Positions 6,907 through 16,513 of a stretch of DNA of 64,000 bases are shown here, piece after piece. Made by a program: the position numbers and the translations under genes. The DNA lies in contig CALGTS010000045.1 in NCBI GenBank assembly GCA_937901925.1, positions 6,153-70,152 of the forward strand, given 5' to 3'. The stretch comes from an uncultured Bacteroidales bacterium (GTDB lineage Bacteria > Bacteroidota > Bacteroidia > Bacteroidales > WCHB1-69). Positions within the stretch are counted from its first letter, which is position 1, and each line of letters begins with the position of its first letter. Below the pieces are notes generated by a model. The model saw only the letters and a list, made by a program, of their open reading frames with translations, did no database searches and had not been told where the DNA came from.

Positions 6907-8544
6907 ATGTTGAAAATCAGTAAATTAATCATATTATTTCTCTTTTCTCTTTTTATAATTAGTTGCCATCATCGCAATGATGATGATGATAAGATGATTT
7001 TTCGTTACAATGAAGCCGTTGGTATTCAATCGCTTGACCCTGCATTTTCGTCGGGACAAGCGGCGTTATGGCCCTGCAATATGCTTTACAATGGTTTGGT
7101 AGATTTAGATGACTCGTTAAAGGTGATTCCGATGATTGCTAAACATTGGGATATTAGTGAAGATGGGAAGGTTTACACATTTTTTCTTCGTGATGATGTT
7201 TATTTTCATCAGACGGAGCATTTTACCTTTCCCGAAAAGCGGAAAGTTGTTGCTTTCGATTTTGTATATAGTTTATCACGAATTTTGGATCCTGAAACGG
7301 CATCTCCGGGTGCTTGGATTTTTCAGAAAGTAGCGCGAGATGAGGCGAATAAGCCGATGTTTAAAGCAATTGATGACACAACATTTCAAATTACGCTTGC
7401 GGAACCATTTCCGCCATTTCTTAGCATTTTGGCGATGAAATATTGTTCTGTAATTCCGTTTGAAGTGGTGGAGCATTATGGAAAGGATTTCCGAAAATTT
7501 CCAGTGGGAACAGGGCCTTTTAAAATGCAATTGTGGGAAGAAGGGGTAAAGTTGGTACTTCGGAAAAATGAACTCTATTTTGAAAAAGATAAACAAGGGA
7601 ATCAACTTCCTTATTTAGATGCAGTTGCAATTTCGTTTATTATCGACAAGCAGGCACAATTTATGGAATTTATGAAAGGTTCCATCGATTTTATGTCGGG
7701 TGTTGATCCTTGCTATAAAGATGCACTTCTTACGCGAGCTGGGACGTTGAATCCAGATGTGGCAGACCAGATGAATATGATTACTGCGCCCTATCTGAAC
7801 ACCGAATATTTGGGGTTTTTGTTGAAAAATGATGACCCCAATAATCCTTTGTTGAAAAAGGAGGTTCGGCAAGCCATTAACTATGGTTTTGATAGGGAGA
7901 AAATGATTCGTTATTTGCGGAATAATATCGGAAATGCGCAAGTGTCGGGCTTTGTACCAGAAGGAATGCTCTCTTTTAATGCGGAAAGAGTGAAAGGGTA
8001 TGACTACAATCCTGAGAAGGCGTTGGAGTTGCTGGCGCAAGCGGGATATCCTAATGGGAAGGGAATGCCAGAAATTGCGCTTTCGGTTTCTGCTGCTTAT
8101 CTCGATCTTTGTCAGTATATCCAGCACGATTTGGGTTTACTTGGAATTCCCGTGCGGTTAGATGTGCAGCAAGCGGCACAACAACGCGAAATGATGCGCA
8201 ACTACAAATTACCCTTTTTCCGTGGCTCTTGGGTTTGTGATTATCCTGATTCAGAAAACTATCTTTCTCTCTTTTACTCAAAAAATTTACAACCTATTGG
8301 CTCCAATTATACTCATTACATAAATACAGAATTTGACAAACTTTTTGAGAAGTCGCAAACCATTACTGATGACTCTTTGCGCAACGAATATTATACGCAA
8401 TTAGATTCTTTATTGACAGAAGACGCACCCGTTGTTGTACTTTTTTACGACAAGCTCATTCACTTTACGCAAAAGAATGTTAAGGGGTTGACGGCACCGC
8501 CTACCAATATGATTAATTTAAAAAGAGTAACTATTGAGCGTTAA
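6907..8544 (+). CDS. ABC transporter substrate-binding protein, family 5 (peptide/nickel type), lipoprotein
   Basis: Lipobox LFIISC, then the typical SBP_bac_5 pattern (FRYNEAVGIQSLDPA...YNGLV...KHWDISEDGKVYTFFLRDDVYFH). No permease or ATPase genes are adjacent. Confidence 0.8.
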   Translation: MLKISKLIILFLFSLFIISCHHRNDDDDKMIFRYNEAVGIQSLDPAFSSGQAALWPCNMLYNGLVDLDDSLKVIPMIAKHWDISEDGKVYTFFLRDDVYFHQTEHFTFPEKRKVVAFDFVYSLSRILDPETASPGAWIFQKVARDEANKPMFKAIDDTTFQITLAEPFPPFLSILAMKYCSVIPFEVVEHYGKDFRKFPVGTGPFKMQLWEEGVKLVLRKNELYFEKDKQGNQLPYLDAVAISFIIDKQAQFMEFMKGSIDFMSGVDPCYKDALLTRAGTLNPDVADQMNMITAPYLNTEYLGFLLKNDDPNNPLLKKEVRQAINYGFDREKMIRYLRNNIGNAQVSGFVPEGMLSFNAERVKGYDYNPEKALELLAQAGYPNGKGMPEIALSVSAAYLDLCQYIQHDLGLLGIPVRLDVQQAAQQREMMRNYKLPFFRGSWVCDYPDSENYLSLFYSKNLQPIGSNYTHYINTEFDKLFEKSQTITDDSLRNEYYTQLDSLLTEDAPVVVLFYDKLIHFTQKNVKGLTAPPTNMINLKRVTIER

Positions 8545-8583
8545 CTAAAATACCCAAATGGAGGTAAAAGTTAAGTGTATGAT

Positions 8584-9525
8584 TTAGCGTGTTAACGAAG
8601 CTGCGCCCAAGATGGCAACGTGGCTTTTGTCGAGTGCAGATTCAAGGATTGGAATTTCGTTTTTATACACAAAAAGTTTATGTTTTTGGAAAGATTTGCG
8701 GAGTGGTTCAAAAAGTACAGAGCCTGCTTGTGCTGGGCCGCCCATTACAAAAATAGCTTCTGGAGAGGAGAATGTTACGGCGTTGGCCAAGGCAATGCCC
8801 AACCAATAGCCCGTAAGGTTGAAAGTTTCTACTGCTAATGGGTTTCCTTTATGTGCTTCGTCCGCAATCAGTTTGCAATCCAATTCTTTTTCAGGAAGTT
8901 GTGTCAATAGGTTTTGTGGGTATTTGGGGAATAGTTCGCGGCAGGTTTGAATAATTCCACGAATGGAAACATATTGTTCTAAGCAACCTTTTCTGCCGCA
9001 AGGGCATTGGCGGCCTTCTGGGAAGAGAATTGCATGGCCCAATTCACCAGCAAAGCCATCAGCACCATAAAGCATTTTTCCATCAATAATGATTCCGGAG
9101 CCGATGCCGGTTCCGATAGTGAACATAATAAAATTCCGCATATTTTGAGCGCCACCATAAATCATTTCACCATACGCAGCCGCGTTGGCATCGTTAGAAA
9201 GCTCAACAGGAACGTTCATTCGCTTCTGAATCAGTTGTTTCAAATGGATTTCTCCCTTCATATTCAGATTGGAAGCATTGTCAATAACGCCTTTTATATT
9301 GTTGACGCACGGAGCGCCAATACCAATACCAGTAATTTCTGCTACGTTATTTTCTTGCATCAATGAACGAACAGCTTCAACAATATCGGAAGCAAATTTC
9401 TCTGCATCGTAATAATCTTTTGTTTTTAAATTTCTGAAAGATAAACAGTTACCATTTTTATTAACTAATGCAATGTCGGTATTAGTTCCGCCAATATCAA
9501 TACCTATCGAATGTGCTGCTTTCAT
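8584..9525 (-). CDS. ROK family sugar kinase (glucokinase-like)
   Basis: IGIDIGGTNTD, GAAYGE, GTGIGSG and the ROK zinc motif GHAILFPEGRQCPCGRKGCLEQY. Confidence 0.85.
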   Translation of the reverse strand: MKAAHSIGIDIGGTNTDIALVNKNGNCLSFRNLKTKDYYDAEKFASDIVEAVRSLMQENNVAEITGIGIGAPCVNNIKGVIDNASNLNMKGEIHLKQLIQKRMNVPVELSNDANAAAYGEMIYGGAQNMRNFIMFTIGTGIGSGIIIDGKMLYGADGFAGELGHAILFPEGRQCPCGRKGCLEQYVSIRGIIQTCRELFPKYPQNLLTQLPEKELDCKLIADEAHKGNPLAVETFNLTGYWLGIALANAVTFSSPEAIFVMGGPAQAGSVLFEPLRKSFQKHKLFVYKNEIPILESALDKSHVAILGAASLTR

Positions 9526-10796
9526 TTTTCAATTTTTATGCTAGATGTTCCTATTAATTTATCGTACGAAGTTCCTTCCTCTTTTAGGTAGAGCAGGATT
9601 GTATATTCGTTTAAGGTTTGCCAATGTGAACCTTCGATGTAAGTTTCATCAATTTTATTTTCTCCATAAGGTACAAAAACGTATTGGTAATTGTAGTAAC
9701 CTTGTTTTAGTAACAAACTGGTTTCCCAATAATTAAGAGCGGGATTATATTTCAGTTTTGCTTCAGGCATAATTTTCCAATTGGTTAGTTCGCCAAAAAC
9801 GTATAAATCTCCGTTGCTAACAGGAAAGTCGCAGCGCAACGAGAAGTGTGTGAGCACGTAATCTTCTGTATTTTTTCCTTCAAAATCATCATTTAACCAA
9901 AAGCAGCGTCCGCTAATAGTATTATCGCTTTGGTAAGGTGCGTAAGGGCGGGCAATATCCTCCAAAACGTACGCTTGGTTTATCTTTTGGTTGAAATTGA
10001 TAGATACGATTCTGTCCGCAGTAGTTCTGAGTGTCCGTAAGTCGAAAGTTCTAAATTCGGCACCACCAGAAAAGATATTTTTATTCAAATTATCAAAACT
10101 AAAATTATATTCATTCAAATTAGCAGAACGAAATTTCAGTCCTATAATCGCATTATCCCAACGTCCATTTTGTAAAATTGTAGCATTCAGCAACATAGAA
10201 GGGTTTCGGACATTATAATTTCCGGTATATGCAAGAAAATCAACCTGTTGATGCGTACTCATATAATTTACATCTTGTGCTTGTTGTACAGTTCCTACAA
10301 TTCCAGCGGTAGTTGATTCTACCACCATAAAACGTTGTGTTAAAATTGGATTTTCTGGCGTTTCATCATAAACAAACAAAATATAATTTCCTGATTTTGT
10401 GATTCGTAGCAAATCATTCGGAAGTAGCAATTCGAAATGGGTATATCCAGTAATTGTATTGAATGAGTAGGAATTATCCGTAATTTCGTCTTCCATAAAT
10501 CCATCTAAATATTCCAAAGGGTTCATTGGGGAAAGTTGCCAGTCGTGGGAGCAATGAATCAGTGTATATTTCATATATTCATCATAATCTCCTAAGTGAT
10601 CAAAAACCAACCGAAGTTGTTCTCCGCTATTTAATTTAATGATAGGTGTGCCAAAATATTTATCAGCAGGACATAATTTTACGCTGTAGATATCATCTGT
10701 ATAGATTCGATTATCCAATGCGATGTGGCTAAAATCTTGACTTTTTCCAGCCCAAAAAAGAAGGGAAAACAGAAATAGCAACGAAAACTTTTTCAT
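9522..10796 (-). CDS. DUF5103 family protein (type IX secretion plug-like)
   Basis: An internal ATG at 10796 gives the signal peptide MKKFSLLFLFSLLFWAGKSQ. EQLRLVFDHLGD...YTLIHCSHDWQLSPMNPLEYLDGF...SGNYILFVY matches my recollection of the DUF5103 pattern. Its stop overlaps the ROK start in an ATGA. Confidence 0.6.
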   Translation of the reverse strand: MKKFSLLFLFSLLFWAGKSQDFSHIALDNRIYTDDIYSVKLCPADKYFGTPIIKLNSGEQLRLVFDHLGDYDEYMKYTLIHCSHDWQLSPMNPLEYLDGFMEDEITDNSYSFNTITGYTHFELLLPNDLLRITKSGNYILFVYDETPENPILTQRFMVVESTTAGIVGTVQQAQDVNYMSTHQQVDFLAYTGNYNVRNPSMLLNATILQNGRWDNAIIGLKFRSANLNEYNFSFDNLNKNIFSGGAEFRTFDLRTLRTTADRIVSINFNQKINQAYVLEDIARPYAPYQSDNTISGRCFWLNDDFEGKNTEDYVLTHFSLRCDFPVSNGDLYVFGELTNWKIMPEAKLKYNPALNYWETSLLLKQGYYNYQYVFVPYGENKIDETYIEGSHWQTLNEYTILLYLKEEGTSYDKLIGTSSIKIEK

Positions 10797-10814
10797 TTTT
10801 AATATTTTAGTCTG

Positions 10815-10822
10815 CAAATGTA
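10815..10822 (-). promoter_or_regulatory. Bacteroidota -7 promoter motif (TAnnTTTG)
   Basis: TACATTTG on the minus strand, 19 nt upstream of the ATG at 10796. It lies inside the track's longer ORF, which supports the shorter start. Confidence 0.5.
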
Positions 10823-10923
10823 TAGAAAATATTGAAATAAAAGCGGGAAAATTTGTGATATTTTTCAAGATAAAATTTTAACTATTTTCCATTTAGTTTT
10901 ACGCATAATTAGTTTCTTTATTG

Positions 10924-10931
10924 TATTTTTG
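10924..10931 (+). promoter_or_regulatory. Bacteroidota -7 promoter motif (TAnnTTTG)
   Basis: TATTTTTG, 18 nt upstream of the ATG at 10949. Confidence 0.5.
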
Positions 10932-10948
10932 CCAATAATTTTATCATT

Positions 10949-11620
10949 ATGGTTAAGATTTTAGTTGTTGATGATGAAGAGGATATCTGTGAAATTTTGC
11001 AGTTTAATCTCAAAAGTGAAGGATATGCAGTAGATGTGGCTTATTCTGCCGAAGAGGCGCTTCGGGTACTTACACCTGAGCATCATTTGATTTTATTGGA
11101 TGTGATGATGGAGAATATGTCGGGGTATCAGATGGCGGATATACTTCGCAACGAGCGGCATAACAATACTCCGATTATTTTTCTGACAGCCAAAAACACA
11201 GAAAACGACGTACTTACGGGGTTTAATTTAGGTGCTGACGATTATATCTCGAAGCCTTTTTCGTTAAAGGAGGTGTTGGCGCGCGTGAAAGCAGTACTCA
11301 ATCGCAGAACTATTCCCGAAAAAGCTAAGGAAACTATCATTTTTGGAACGTTGGAAATTAATTTGGAAAATGGAACAGTAATGATTAGCGGAAAAGCTAT
11401 AGAATTGACAAAGAAAGAGTTCCAGATTTTGGTACTACTCGCTCGTTACCCTAACCGTTTTTTGAGTCGGGAGGAGATTTTAGAGGCAGTTTGGGAACGT
11501 GACACCTACGTTTTAGACCGAAGTGTTGACGTTCACGTGGCGCGTTTGCGTAAGAAAATGGGCGTGGCTGGAGAAATGATTGTTAATAAAACAGGATTTG
11601 GCTATTGTATTAAAAAATAG
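10949..11620 (+). CDS. OmpR/PhoB-family two-component response regulator
   Basis: Receiver domain (ILVVDDEEDI...LILLDVMM...DDYISKPF) plus a winged-helix trans_reg_C domain (LTKKEFQILVLLARYP...VDVHVARLRKK). Confidence 0.9.
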   Translation: MVKILVVDDEEDICEILQFNLKSEGYAVDVAYSAEEALRVLTPEHHLILLDVMMENMSGYQMADILRNERHNNTPIIFLTAKNTENDVLTGFNLGADDYISKPFSLKEVLARVKAVLNRRTIPEKAKETIIFGTLEINLENGTVMISGKAIELTKKEFQILVLLARYPNRFLSREEILEAVWERDTYVLDRSVDVHVARLRKKMGVAGEMIVNKTGFGYCIKK

Positions 11621-11625
11621 ACGTT

Positions 11626-13017
11626 ATGAGTTATAGGAAGAAGTTGTTACTGATTTTTGTTTCTCTATTTTTTGTTTATGCTTTGATTATTCTCTTTTTG
11701 CAAGCGGAAAAAGAGAAAGAATTTCAAACTCATAATCAGAAAGAGATTCTAAAAACATACGGAAAGATGGTTGAGAAAATGGTGCAAGATTCCGTAGAAA
11801 TGCAAGAGATACTCAATTTTCTTCCTCAAAATGTGCGATTATCCTACATTGATAGTGATGGCGAGCTTTTGTACGATAATATTGTGCAAAATGTTCATAA
11901 TAACCATATTGAACGTCCAGAAATTAATGAAGCACAAAATAATGGCTATGGTTTTGCTATCCGAAAATCGAAAACTACCCACCAAGAGTATCTTTATTAC
12001 GCCTTTCAAATGTCTGAGGGTTCGTTTATTCGTTTGGCATTACCCTATATTATTCAGTGGAAGAATTTTATCGATTTTGATAATATTTTGCTTTACATTG
12101 TGTTGTTTCTCTTTTTCGTGGTTTTACTTTTGTTGATTTTGAAAACGGAAAAGTTTGATAGCATTATGCAATCGTTGAGCGATTTTGCTTCAGCGGCAGA
12201 AAATGGAAACGTTGATGATCAGAACGTACACTTGCCCAATACCCCTTTTGGTGAGATTAGTAAAAAAATCATTTCTTTATATAAGCAATTAGAAAATAGT
12301 AAGTTACAAATAATTCAAGAGAAAGAAAATCGACAAAAGTTGAAACAAGAGATGACCAATAATATTGCTCACGAACTGAAGACGCCAGTGAGTAGCATTC
12401 GAGGTTATTTGGAGATTTTATTGGAAAATAGGTCGATAGATGAGGAGCAACGAAACTATTTTTTGAAACGAAGCTATGCCCAAACCTTACGATTATCGGA
12501 TTTGATTCAAGATGTTTCGTTGATTACCAAGTTGGAGGAGTCGGCAGCTCTATTCTCTAAGGAAAAATTGGAAATTCGAGCTGTTTTTGAAGAAGCAGTT
12601 GCGGAGTGGACTGAATCTTTTTCTGAAAATCGAATTCTTGTTGAAAACCATTTAACGGAAGATATGATAATTGCAGGAAATCATAATTTACTCTTTTCTA
12701 TCTTTAGAAATTTGCTAGAAAATGCTTTCAAATATGCTGGAACAGATATTAGTATTGTTGTGGAGTGTTTGAAAAAGGAAAATAATCTCTATTTTTTGCG
12801 CTTTTATGACACAGGCGTTGGCATACCTATGAAATTTGCTGACAAAATTTTTGAGCGATTTTTCAGAATTAACAAAGGAAGAAGTCGAAAAAATGGTGGT
12901 ACTGGTTTAGGATTGTCGATAGTGAAGCACGCCGTACAATTTCATGGTGGAACTATTACGGCTTTTAATCGAAAGGAAGGCGGTTTAGTATTTGATTTTA
13001 CCTTGTCAGTAGTATAA
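11626..13017 (+). CDS. two-component sensor histidine kinase
   Basis: Two TM segments, H-box NNIAHELKTPVSSIRGY, N-box LLENAFKY and G-boxes DTGVGIP / GGTGLGLSIVK. It starts 5 nt after the response regulator gene. Confidence 0.9.
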   Translation: MSYRKKLLLIFVSLFFVYALIILFLQAEKEKEFQTHNQKEILKTYGKMVEKMVQDSVEMQEILNFLPQNVRLSYIDSDGELLYDNIVQNVHNNHIERPEINEAQNNGYGFAIRKSKTTHQEYLYYAFQMSEGSFIRLALPYIIQWKNFIDFDNILLYIVLFLFFVVLLLLILKTEKFDSIMQSLSDFASAAENGNVDDQNVHLPNTPFGEISKKIISLYKQLENSKLQIIQEKENRQKLKQEMTNNIAHELKTPVSSIRGYLEILLENRSIDEEQRNYFLKRSYAQTLRLSDLIQDVSLITKLEESAALFSKEKLEIRAVFEEAVAEWTESFSENRILVENHLTEDMIIAGNHNLLFSIFRNLLENAFKYAGTDISIVVECLKKENNLYFLRFYDTGVGIPMKFADKIFERFFRINKGRSRKNGGTGLGLSIVKHAVQFHGGTITAFNRKEGGLVFDFTLSVV

Positions 13018-13020
13018 AAA

Positions 13021-13302
13021 TTATTGAAAAACAATTTCTTTTACAACAGAAGTTCCTAATTTTGCATTGATTCTATTGATAATTTCAGTTCGTGAATTGT
13101 TCAATTCAAAGCGGAGGGCAGCTTCTGTAACGCGTACATAAAGTACACCGTTGCAAACCTTTTTTGCCTTGCTTTTTTGCGCAATAAAAGAGCCAACGAT
13201 CTCTTTCCATAGTTCCACTGCGCGTGTTTCTAAAAGGAGTTGTGTTCGGTTATTTTCCTTAAAAAATTGGTTGATTATATCCTCAATTTGAAACTCTGTC
13301 AT
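13021..13302 (-). CDS. DUF721 (DciA-like) domain protein
   Basis: 93 aa. ...WKEIVGSFIAQKSKAKKVCNGVLYVRVTEAALRFELNNSRTEIINRIN... matches the DUF721 pattern. Confidence 0.6.
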   Translation of the reverse strand: MTEFQIEDIINQFFKENNRTQLLLETRAVELWKEIVGSFIAQKSKAKKVCNGVLYVRVTEAALRFELNNSRTEIINRINAKLGTSVVKEIVFQ

Positions 13303-13319
13303 TTTTCTGTTTAAAAATA

Positions 13320-13327
13320 CAAAAATA
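13320..13327 (-). promoter_or_regulatory. Bacteroidota -7 promoter motif (TAnnTTTG)
   Basis: TATTTTTG on the minus strand, 18 nt upstream of the ATG at 13302. Confidence 0.5.
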
Positions 13328-13567
13328 GGAAATTTTAGGTCATCATTGATGAATAAAATTCAATTTTGTAATAATATTAGTCCTATTTTATTGATTTATA
13401 GTATTCTTAATTTGTTTTTGTGAGAGAAAACTTTTTTAATTCAATTCACTATGCAGATAATATTGTTGAATATTGGAAGTTTGAGTGAGAGAATATAGAA
13501 TATTTAGATTTTTTAATGATGCTGCAAAAAGGGAGGATTAGTTTACATACAAGTTATATTTCTGTTG

Positions 13568-13575
13568 TATTTTTG
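13568..13575 (+). promoter_or_regulatory. Bacteroidota -7 promoter-like motif (distal)
   Basis: TATTTTTG, 132 nt upstream of the ompH-like ATG. Confidence 0.3.
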
Positions 13576-13657
13576 TTACAATTTTTCAGATTTCAGCAAT
13601 AAAATAAAAATAGATGCGTTACTCTGTCAGCGTAGCTAATAGTAGGGAAAAAAATAT

Positions 13658-13665
13658 TATTTTTG
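13658..13665 (+). promoter_or_regulatory. Bacteroidota -7 promoter motif (TAnnTTTG)
   Basis: TATTTTTG, 42 nt upstream of the ATG at 13707. Confidence 0.5.
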
Positions 13666-13706
13666 CGCACTTTAAAATAAAGTAGAAAATTAAACCTTTT
13701 TATTTC

Positions 13707-14225
13707 ATGATGAAAAAAATATTTTATATCTTTCTTATTGTATTTCTAGTATTTACAGTTAATGCAAATGCTCAAGGCACTGCCAAATTTGGTCATGTAA
13801 ATTACGCAGAACTTATGCAATTAGTTCCTGGTTTTGATACTGCGCAAGCCAACATATTGTCTTATCAAACCGAATTACAGGAAGAGGGTGAAGCGATGGC
13901 AAAAGAGTTTCGCGACAAGCAAACTCATCTTCAAGCGTATGCAGGAACTGCAGGTGCTTCTTCAGCAAAATTGAAAATTATGCAAGATGAGTTGGAAAAT
14001 CTCTACAAGAAAATTCAAGAGTTTTCACAATCTATCGAATTATTGGTTTATGAAAAACAGCTTGAAGTGTTAAAACCATTGCAAGATCTTTTGTTAGAAG
14101 CTATTAAAGAGGTTGCTAAAGAGGGAAAATACACTTACATTTTTGATTTAAATACATTAGCATCTTCTGCTTTAGGTGATGATATTAGTGAACAAGTGAA
14201 AACCAAATTGGGAGTAACAAAATAA
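13707..14225 (+). CDS. OmpH/Skp-family periplasmic chaperone
   Basis: Signal peptide followed by a long helical, Q/E/K-rich 172-aa protein (KFGHVNYAELMQLVPG...) typical of OmpH. Confidence 0.75.
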   Translation: MMKKIFYIFLIVFLVFTVNANAQGTAKFGHVNYAELMQLVPGFDTAQANILSYQTELQEEGEAMAKEFRDKQTHLQAYAGTAGASSAKLKIMQDELENLYKKIQEFSQSIELLVYEKQLEVLKPLQDLLLEAIKEVAKEGKYTYIFDLNTLASSALGDDISEQVKTKLGVTK

Positions 14226-14269
14226 TTTTGAGAATAATATCGTTTTAGCGAATTCTAATACATAAAGAG

Positions 14270-14303
14270 GGCTGAATTTCGGAAAAGGGATCAGCCTTTT
14301 TTG
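14270..14303 (+). terminator. rho-independent terminator candidate after the ompH-like gene
   Basis: ggctga...tcagcc stem followed by tttttt. Confidence 0.5.
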
Positions 14304-14310
14304 TTTGGTA

Positions 14311-14347
14311 AAAAAAACACTGTCAGAACTTCCGACAGTGTTTTTTT
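14311..14347. terminator. bidirectional rho-independent terminator
   Basis: An A-run, then acactgtc-agaacttcc-gacagtgt, then a T-run. It sits between the convergent ompH-like and serA genes. Confidence 0.75.
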
Positions 14348-14393
14348 CCTTTAAAACCATAAAAGGTTGTTAGGACAGAGAATATTCCGAAGA

Positions 14394-15311
14394 TTATTTA
14401 TTTACTTGGAATTTTTTGTCACCATTAACGAAGAAGTTAACGATTTGGTTAGCAGCAGCTAAACCAGCGTTAATATTAGCTTCAGCAGTTTCAGCGCCTT
14501 GTTTTTTAGGAGTAGCGAAGAAACGTTTTTCGAAGTTAGCGAAGAGGTCCATATTTACTGGAGCAATGTCAGTACAATATTTAAGGTCTTCTCTTTCAGC
14601 CATTAATTCAGCCAATTCTTCTTCATTGATAACCTCTTTACGAGCGGTGTTGATGATACATCCACCTTTAGGCATATTAGCAACGAGTGCTTTGTTGATA
14701 GATTTTTTAGTTTGGTCGTTAGCAGGAATATGCAAAGATATATAGTTACAATTTGCGTAAAGTTCTTCAAGAGTTGCAGGAACAGTAACGCCTTCTGCTT
14801 CCATTTTTTCTTTAGCTACGAATGGGTCGAATGCCCAAACTTCCATACCTAGAGCTTTTGCTTTTTCAGCTACGAGGCGACCTACATTACCGTAAGCTTG
14901 GATACCCACTTTTTTGCCTTTCAATTCAGCACCTGTACCAGGTTTGAAAGTGTTACGAGCCATATAAATCATCATACCGATAGCCAATTCTGCAACAGCG
15001 TTAGAGTTTTGGCCTGGAGTGTTCATTGCTACGATATTTTTAGCAGTGCAAGCGGCAAGGTCTAAGTTATCGAAGCCAGCGCCAGCGCGAACAACGACTT
15101 TCAAATTTTTAGCAGCGTCAATTACTTCAGCAGTAACTTTGTCAGAACGAACAATTAAAGCGTCAACGTCAGCAACAGCCTTGTAAAAATCATTAACGTC
15201 AGTATATTTTTCTAATAAACAAAGTTCATAACCAGCTTTTTCAACAATAGCGCGGATACCGTCAACAGCGGCTTTTGCAAATGGTTTTTCAGTTGCTACT
15301 AATACTTTCAT
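14394..15311 (-). CDS. serA: D-3-phosphoglycerate dehydrogenase (short form, 2-hydroxyacid dehydrogenase family)
   Basis: NAD-binding VGIQAYGNVGRLVA and catalytic-domain motifs. It lies immediately downstream of serC, as in Bacteroides. Confidence 0.8.
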   Translation of the reverse strand: MKVLVATEKPFAKAAVDGIRAIVEKAGYELCLLEKYTDVNDFYKAVADVDALIVRSDKVTAEVIDAAKNLKVVVRAGAGFDNLDLAACTAKNIVAMNTPGQNSNAVAELAIGMMIYMARNTFKPGTGAELKGKKVGIQAYGNVGRLVAEKAKALGMEVWAFDPFVAKEKMEAEGVTVPATLEELYANCNYISLHIPANDQTKKSINKALVANMPKGGCIINTARKEVINEEELAELMAEREDLKYCTDIAPVNMDLFANFEKRFFATPKKQGAETAEANINAGLAAANQIVNFFVNGDKKFQVNK

Positions 15312-15367
15312 AATTTTTATTTTTGTGTGAATTAAGGAACTAAATTCACTAAATTTATACTATGTTA

Positions 15368-16474
15368 TTATTTGTTTGCTTTTTCGAAATCTTGCATGCA
15401 TTGAACAAGAGCTTCAACGTCTTCTTTAGTACAAGAGTTATACAAAGAAGCGCGGAAACCACCTACTGAACGGTGACCTTTGATACCAATCATACCGCGT
15501 TCTTTAGCAAATGCCATGAAAGCATCTTGTTTATCTTCGTAACCAGGAGCCATAACCCAGCAGTGGTTCATGATAGAACGGTCTGCTTTGTCAGCAACTG
15601 TACCTACGAACATTGCGTTGCGGTCGATTTCGTCATACAATAAGTTAGATTTTTCAACATTGATTTTGTTCATATTTTCAACACCACCGATAGTATTTTT
15701 CAACCAAGTTAAAGTTTGGTGCATAACGAAAATAGGAAGTACAGGAGGAGTGTTAAACATAGAGATGTTTTTAGCTTCTTCTGCAGCGTGTGTGCGGTAG
15801 TCAATCATTGTTGGAAGTGGGTTCATGTAAGCGCGGTCGCCAATGTTACCAAGAAGGTCTTTGCGAACGATAACGAAAGTAACGCCAGCAGGGCCTACAT
15901 TCTTTTGAGCGCCACCATAGATAAGACCATATTTCTTAATGTCAACAGGGCGGCTCATAATGTCAGAAGACATATCAGCAACAAGAGTTACAGGGCAATC
16001 GATATCTTCTTTAATTTCAGTACCATAGATAGTGTTATTGGTAGTGATATGGAAGTAATCAGCATCTGTAGGAATGGTGTATCCTTTTGGAATGTAGTTG
16101 TAAGTTTTATCTTCTGAAGAAGCCACAACTTCAACTTTACCGAATAATTTAGCTTCTTTTACAGCTTTTTTTGCCCAAACGCCAGTTTGTAAGTATGCAG
16201 CTTTGGTTTTCATCAAGTTAGCAGGAACTGTGAAGAATTGTGTGCTTGCGCCACCACCGAGGAAAAGAACTTCGTATTCTTCTGGAATGTTAAGAAGGTC
16301 ACGCCATAATTGACGAGTTTCAGCCATAATGCGTTCCCAACCTGGAGTACGGTGAGAAATTTCCATCAAACCTATACCCGTGTTGTCAAAATTGCGAATA
16401 GCTTCAATAGTAGCTTCAACGGCTTCTTTTGGAAGGACACATGGTCCTGCGTTAAAATTGTGTACTTTTTTCAT
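15368..16474 (-). CDS. serC: 3-phosphoserine aminotransferase
   Basis: [20 protein letters not shown] and [12 protein letters not shown] (PLP-lysine region); class V aminotransferase, SerC type. Confidence 0.9.
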   Translation of the reverse strand: MKKVHNFNAGPCVLPKEAVEATIEAIRNFDNTGIGLMEISHRTPGWERIMAETRQLWRDLLNIPEEYEVLFLGGGASTQFFTVPANLMKTKAAYLQTGVWAKKAVKEAKLFGKVEVVASSEDKTYNYIPKGYTIPTDADYFHITTNNTIYGTEIKEDIDCPVTLVADMSSDIMSRPVDIKKYGLIYGGAQKNVGPAGVTFVIVRKDLLGNIGDRAYMNPLPTMIDYRTHAAEEAKNISMFNTPPVLPIFVMHQTLTWLKNTIGGVENMNKINVEKSNLLYDEIDRNAMFVGTVADKADRSIMNHCWVMAPGYEDKQDAFMAFAKERGMIGIKGHRSVGGFRASLYNSCTKEDVEALVQCMQDFEKANK

Positions 16475-16513
16475 AATTACTTTATTAAAGGTTTTGATTA
16501 ATAATATTTATGC

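Noticed and set aside
13303-13706. AT-rich gaps (also 41422-41971) as candidate replication origin, prompted by the adjacent DUF721/DciA-like gene
   Set aside because: I found no clustered DnaA boxes (TTATCCACA or its complement) in either gap. Only isolated near-matches occur, and those are inside coding regions (about 35481 and 50485). No dnaA, dnaN or gyrB gene is nearby.
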